This document shows positions 47,597 to 48,640 of a stretch of 48,640 nt of DNA, one piece after another. Both the position numbers and the translations under genes were made by a program. The notes under the pieces were generated by a model, which saw only the letters and a list, made by a program, of their open reading frames with translations, was not told where the DNA came from and searched no databases. Source of the stretch: Octopus sinensis (taxonomy: Eukaryota); the NCBI RefSeq assembly GCF_006345805.1, contig NW_021834415.1:1-48640 (forward strand), given 5' to 3'. Position 1 is the stretch's first letter, and every line of letters begins with the position of its first letter.

Positions 47597-48290
47597 TTTT
47601 ATCATCGTCCCCCATCATCATCTTCATTATCGACACGATCAGCATTGTTCCATCATCATAACCATCATCGTCTTCATCTTCAGCATCAGCATCATCTGCA
47701 TCACAATTCTCCAAATACCGCTCATCGTCGTCGTCATGGTTGTCGTTGTCGTCATCATCATCATCATCATCACCATTACCATCAACATCATTATCATCTA
47801 AAATCGTCGTCGTCGTCATCATCATCATCATCATTACCATCAGCATCATTATCATCTAAAATCGTCGTCGTCATCATCATCACCATCAGCAGCAGCAGCA
47901 ACAACAACAAGCGGCTCCAACATTATGATCCCCACCTCCACTGCCTCCTTCTACTCCTATTGCATCATCATCATCCTCATCATAATCGTCATTGCCACCA
48001 TCTTCACCACCACCCCATCATCATCATAGCCACTTTCGTCATCACTTTCATCATCATCATCATCATCATTGCCACCATCTTCACCACCACCATCATCATC
48101 ATCATAGCCACTTTCATCATCACTTTCATCATCATTATCATCATCATCATCATCATCTCATCACCAACATCCTCATCTATTTCATCATCACCATCATCAT
48201 TATCGCCATCATCATCATCATCATCATTGCCCCCGTCATCATGAATGTCATCGTCTTCATCAGCGTGACCTTCATAGTCGCTATTATTTT
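47427..48290. repeat. (CAT/CGT/CAC)n compound trinucleotide microsatellite with internal block duplications
   Basis: Direct inspection; source of the poly-His/Asp/Met ORFs. Confidence 0.95.
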
Positions 48291-48439
48291 GTCCCCCGTT
48301 TCCACCACGACCACCACCACAGGCTTCAGTAATTATTGGTAAAGTAGGCCACATGACCAGACATTTCGGCTGCTGATGTCGGGGGCGGAAAAACGGAATT
48401 AGACATCGTAATTTCTGTCAGGACTTGACTGGTATTATA

Positions 48440-48640
48440 TTTCATCGGCCCCGGAAGGATAAAAGGTAAAATTGATCCGGAAGGGATTTGAACCCTGAAA
48501 GTAAAGGGTCATAACTAAAAACAAAAAATGAAAAATGGGTATTTTTCCTGATGCTGTAATAATTCTGCCAACAGCTGCCCTGGTTTCCACTTTGGCACAA
48601 AGCCAGCAATTTCGGGGAATAGGTCTAGTTGAGTACATCG
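48440..48640 (-). mobile_element. Degenerate family-B-like SINE at the window edge
   Basis: ggaaggataaaaggtaaaattga...ggatttgaaccc...aattctgccaacagctgcc motifs. Confidence 0.6.

Overview
AT-rich, microsatellite-dense eukaryotic DNA; the SINE families and repeat style point to a coleoid cephalopod, probably Octopus (inference). One protein-coding gene can be reconstructed on the minus strand: a DEG/ENaC/ASIC-superfamily channel. It has seven GT-AG coding exons (28248-28081, 16292-16128, 14188-14064, 8851-8670, 7977-7824, 3341-3285, 670-<1) whose phases all join into 506 uninterrupted codons. The N-terminal (HG-motif) exon and TM2 were not found in the window. The last exon carries an unusually long (>=190 aa) insertion where canonical channels have a short knuckle. 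Everything else is intronic or intergenic mobile DNA: tRNA-derived SINEs, R4/Dong-like RLE LINE fragments, an RTE fragment, Tc1/mariner relics, a hAT MITE and two Helitron-type non-autonomous copies. The most striking non-coding signal is a set of Penelope/retrozyme-like elements carrying type I hammerhead ribozyme motifs with palindromic helix III (35277-35321 -, 44028-44070 +, 24358-24392 -, 30939-30976 +), several inside fold-back structures. One derivative sits in a 14-bp direct repeat with the empty site preserved next door. A 24-bp minisatellite has expanded in frame inside a mariner transposase. Most ORFs in the supplied track are microsatellite artefacts.
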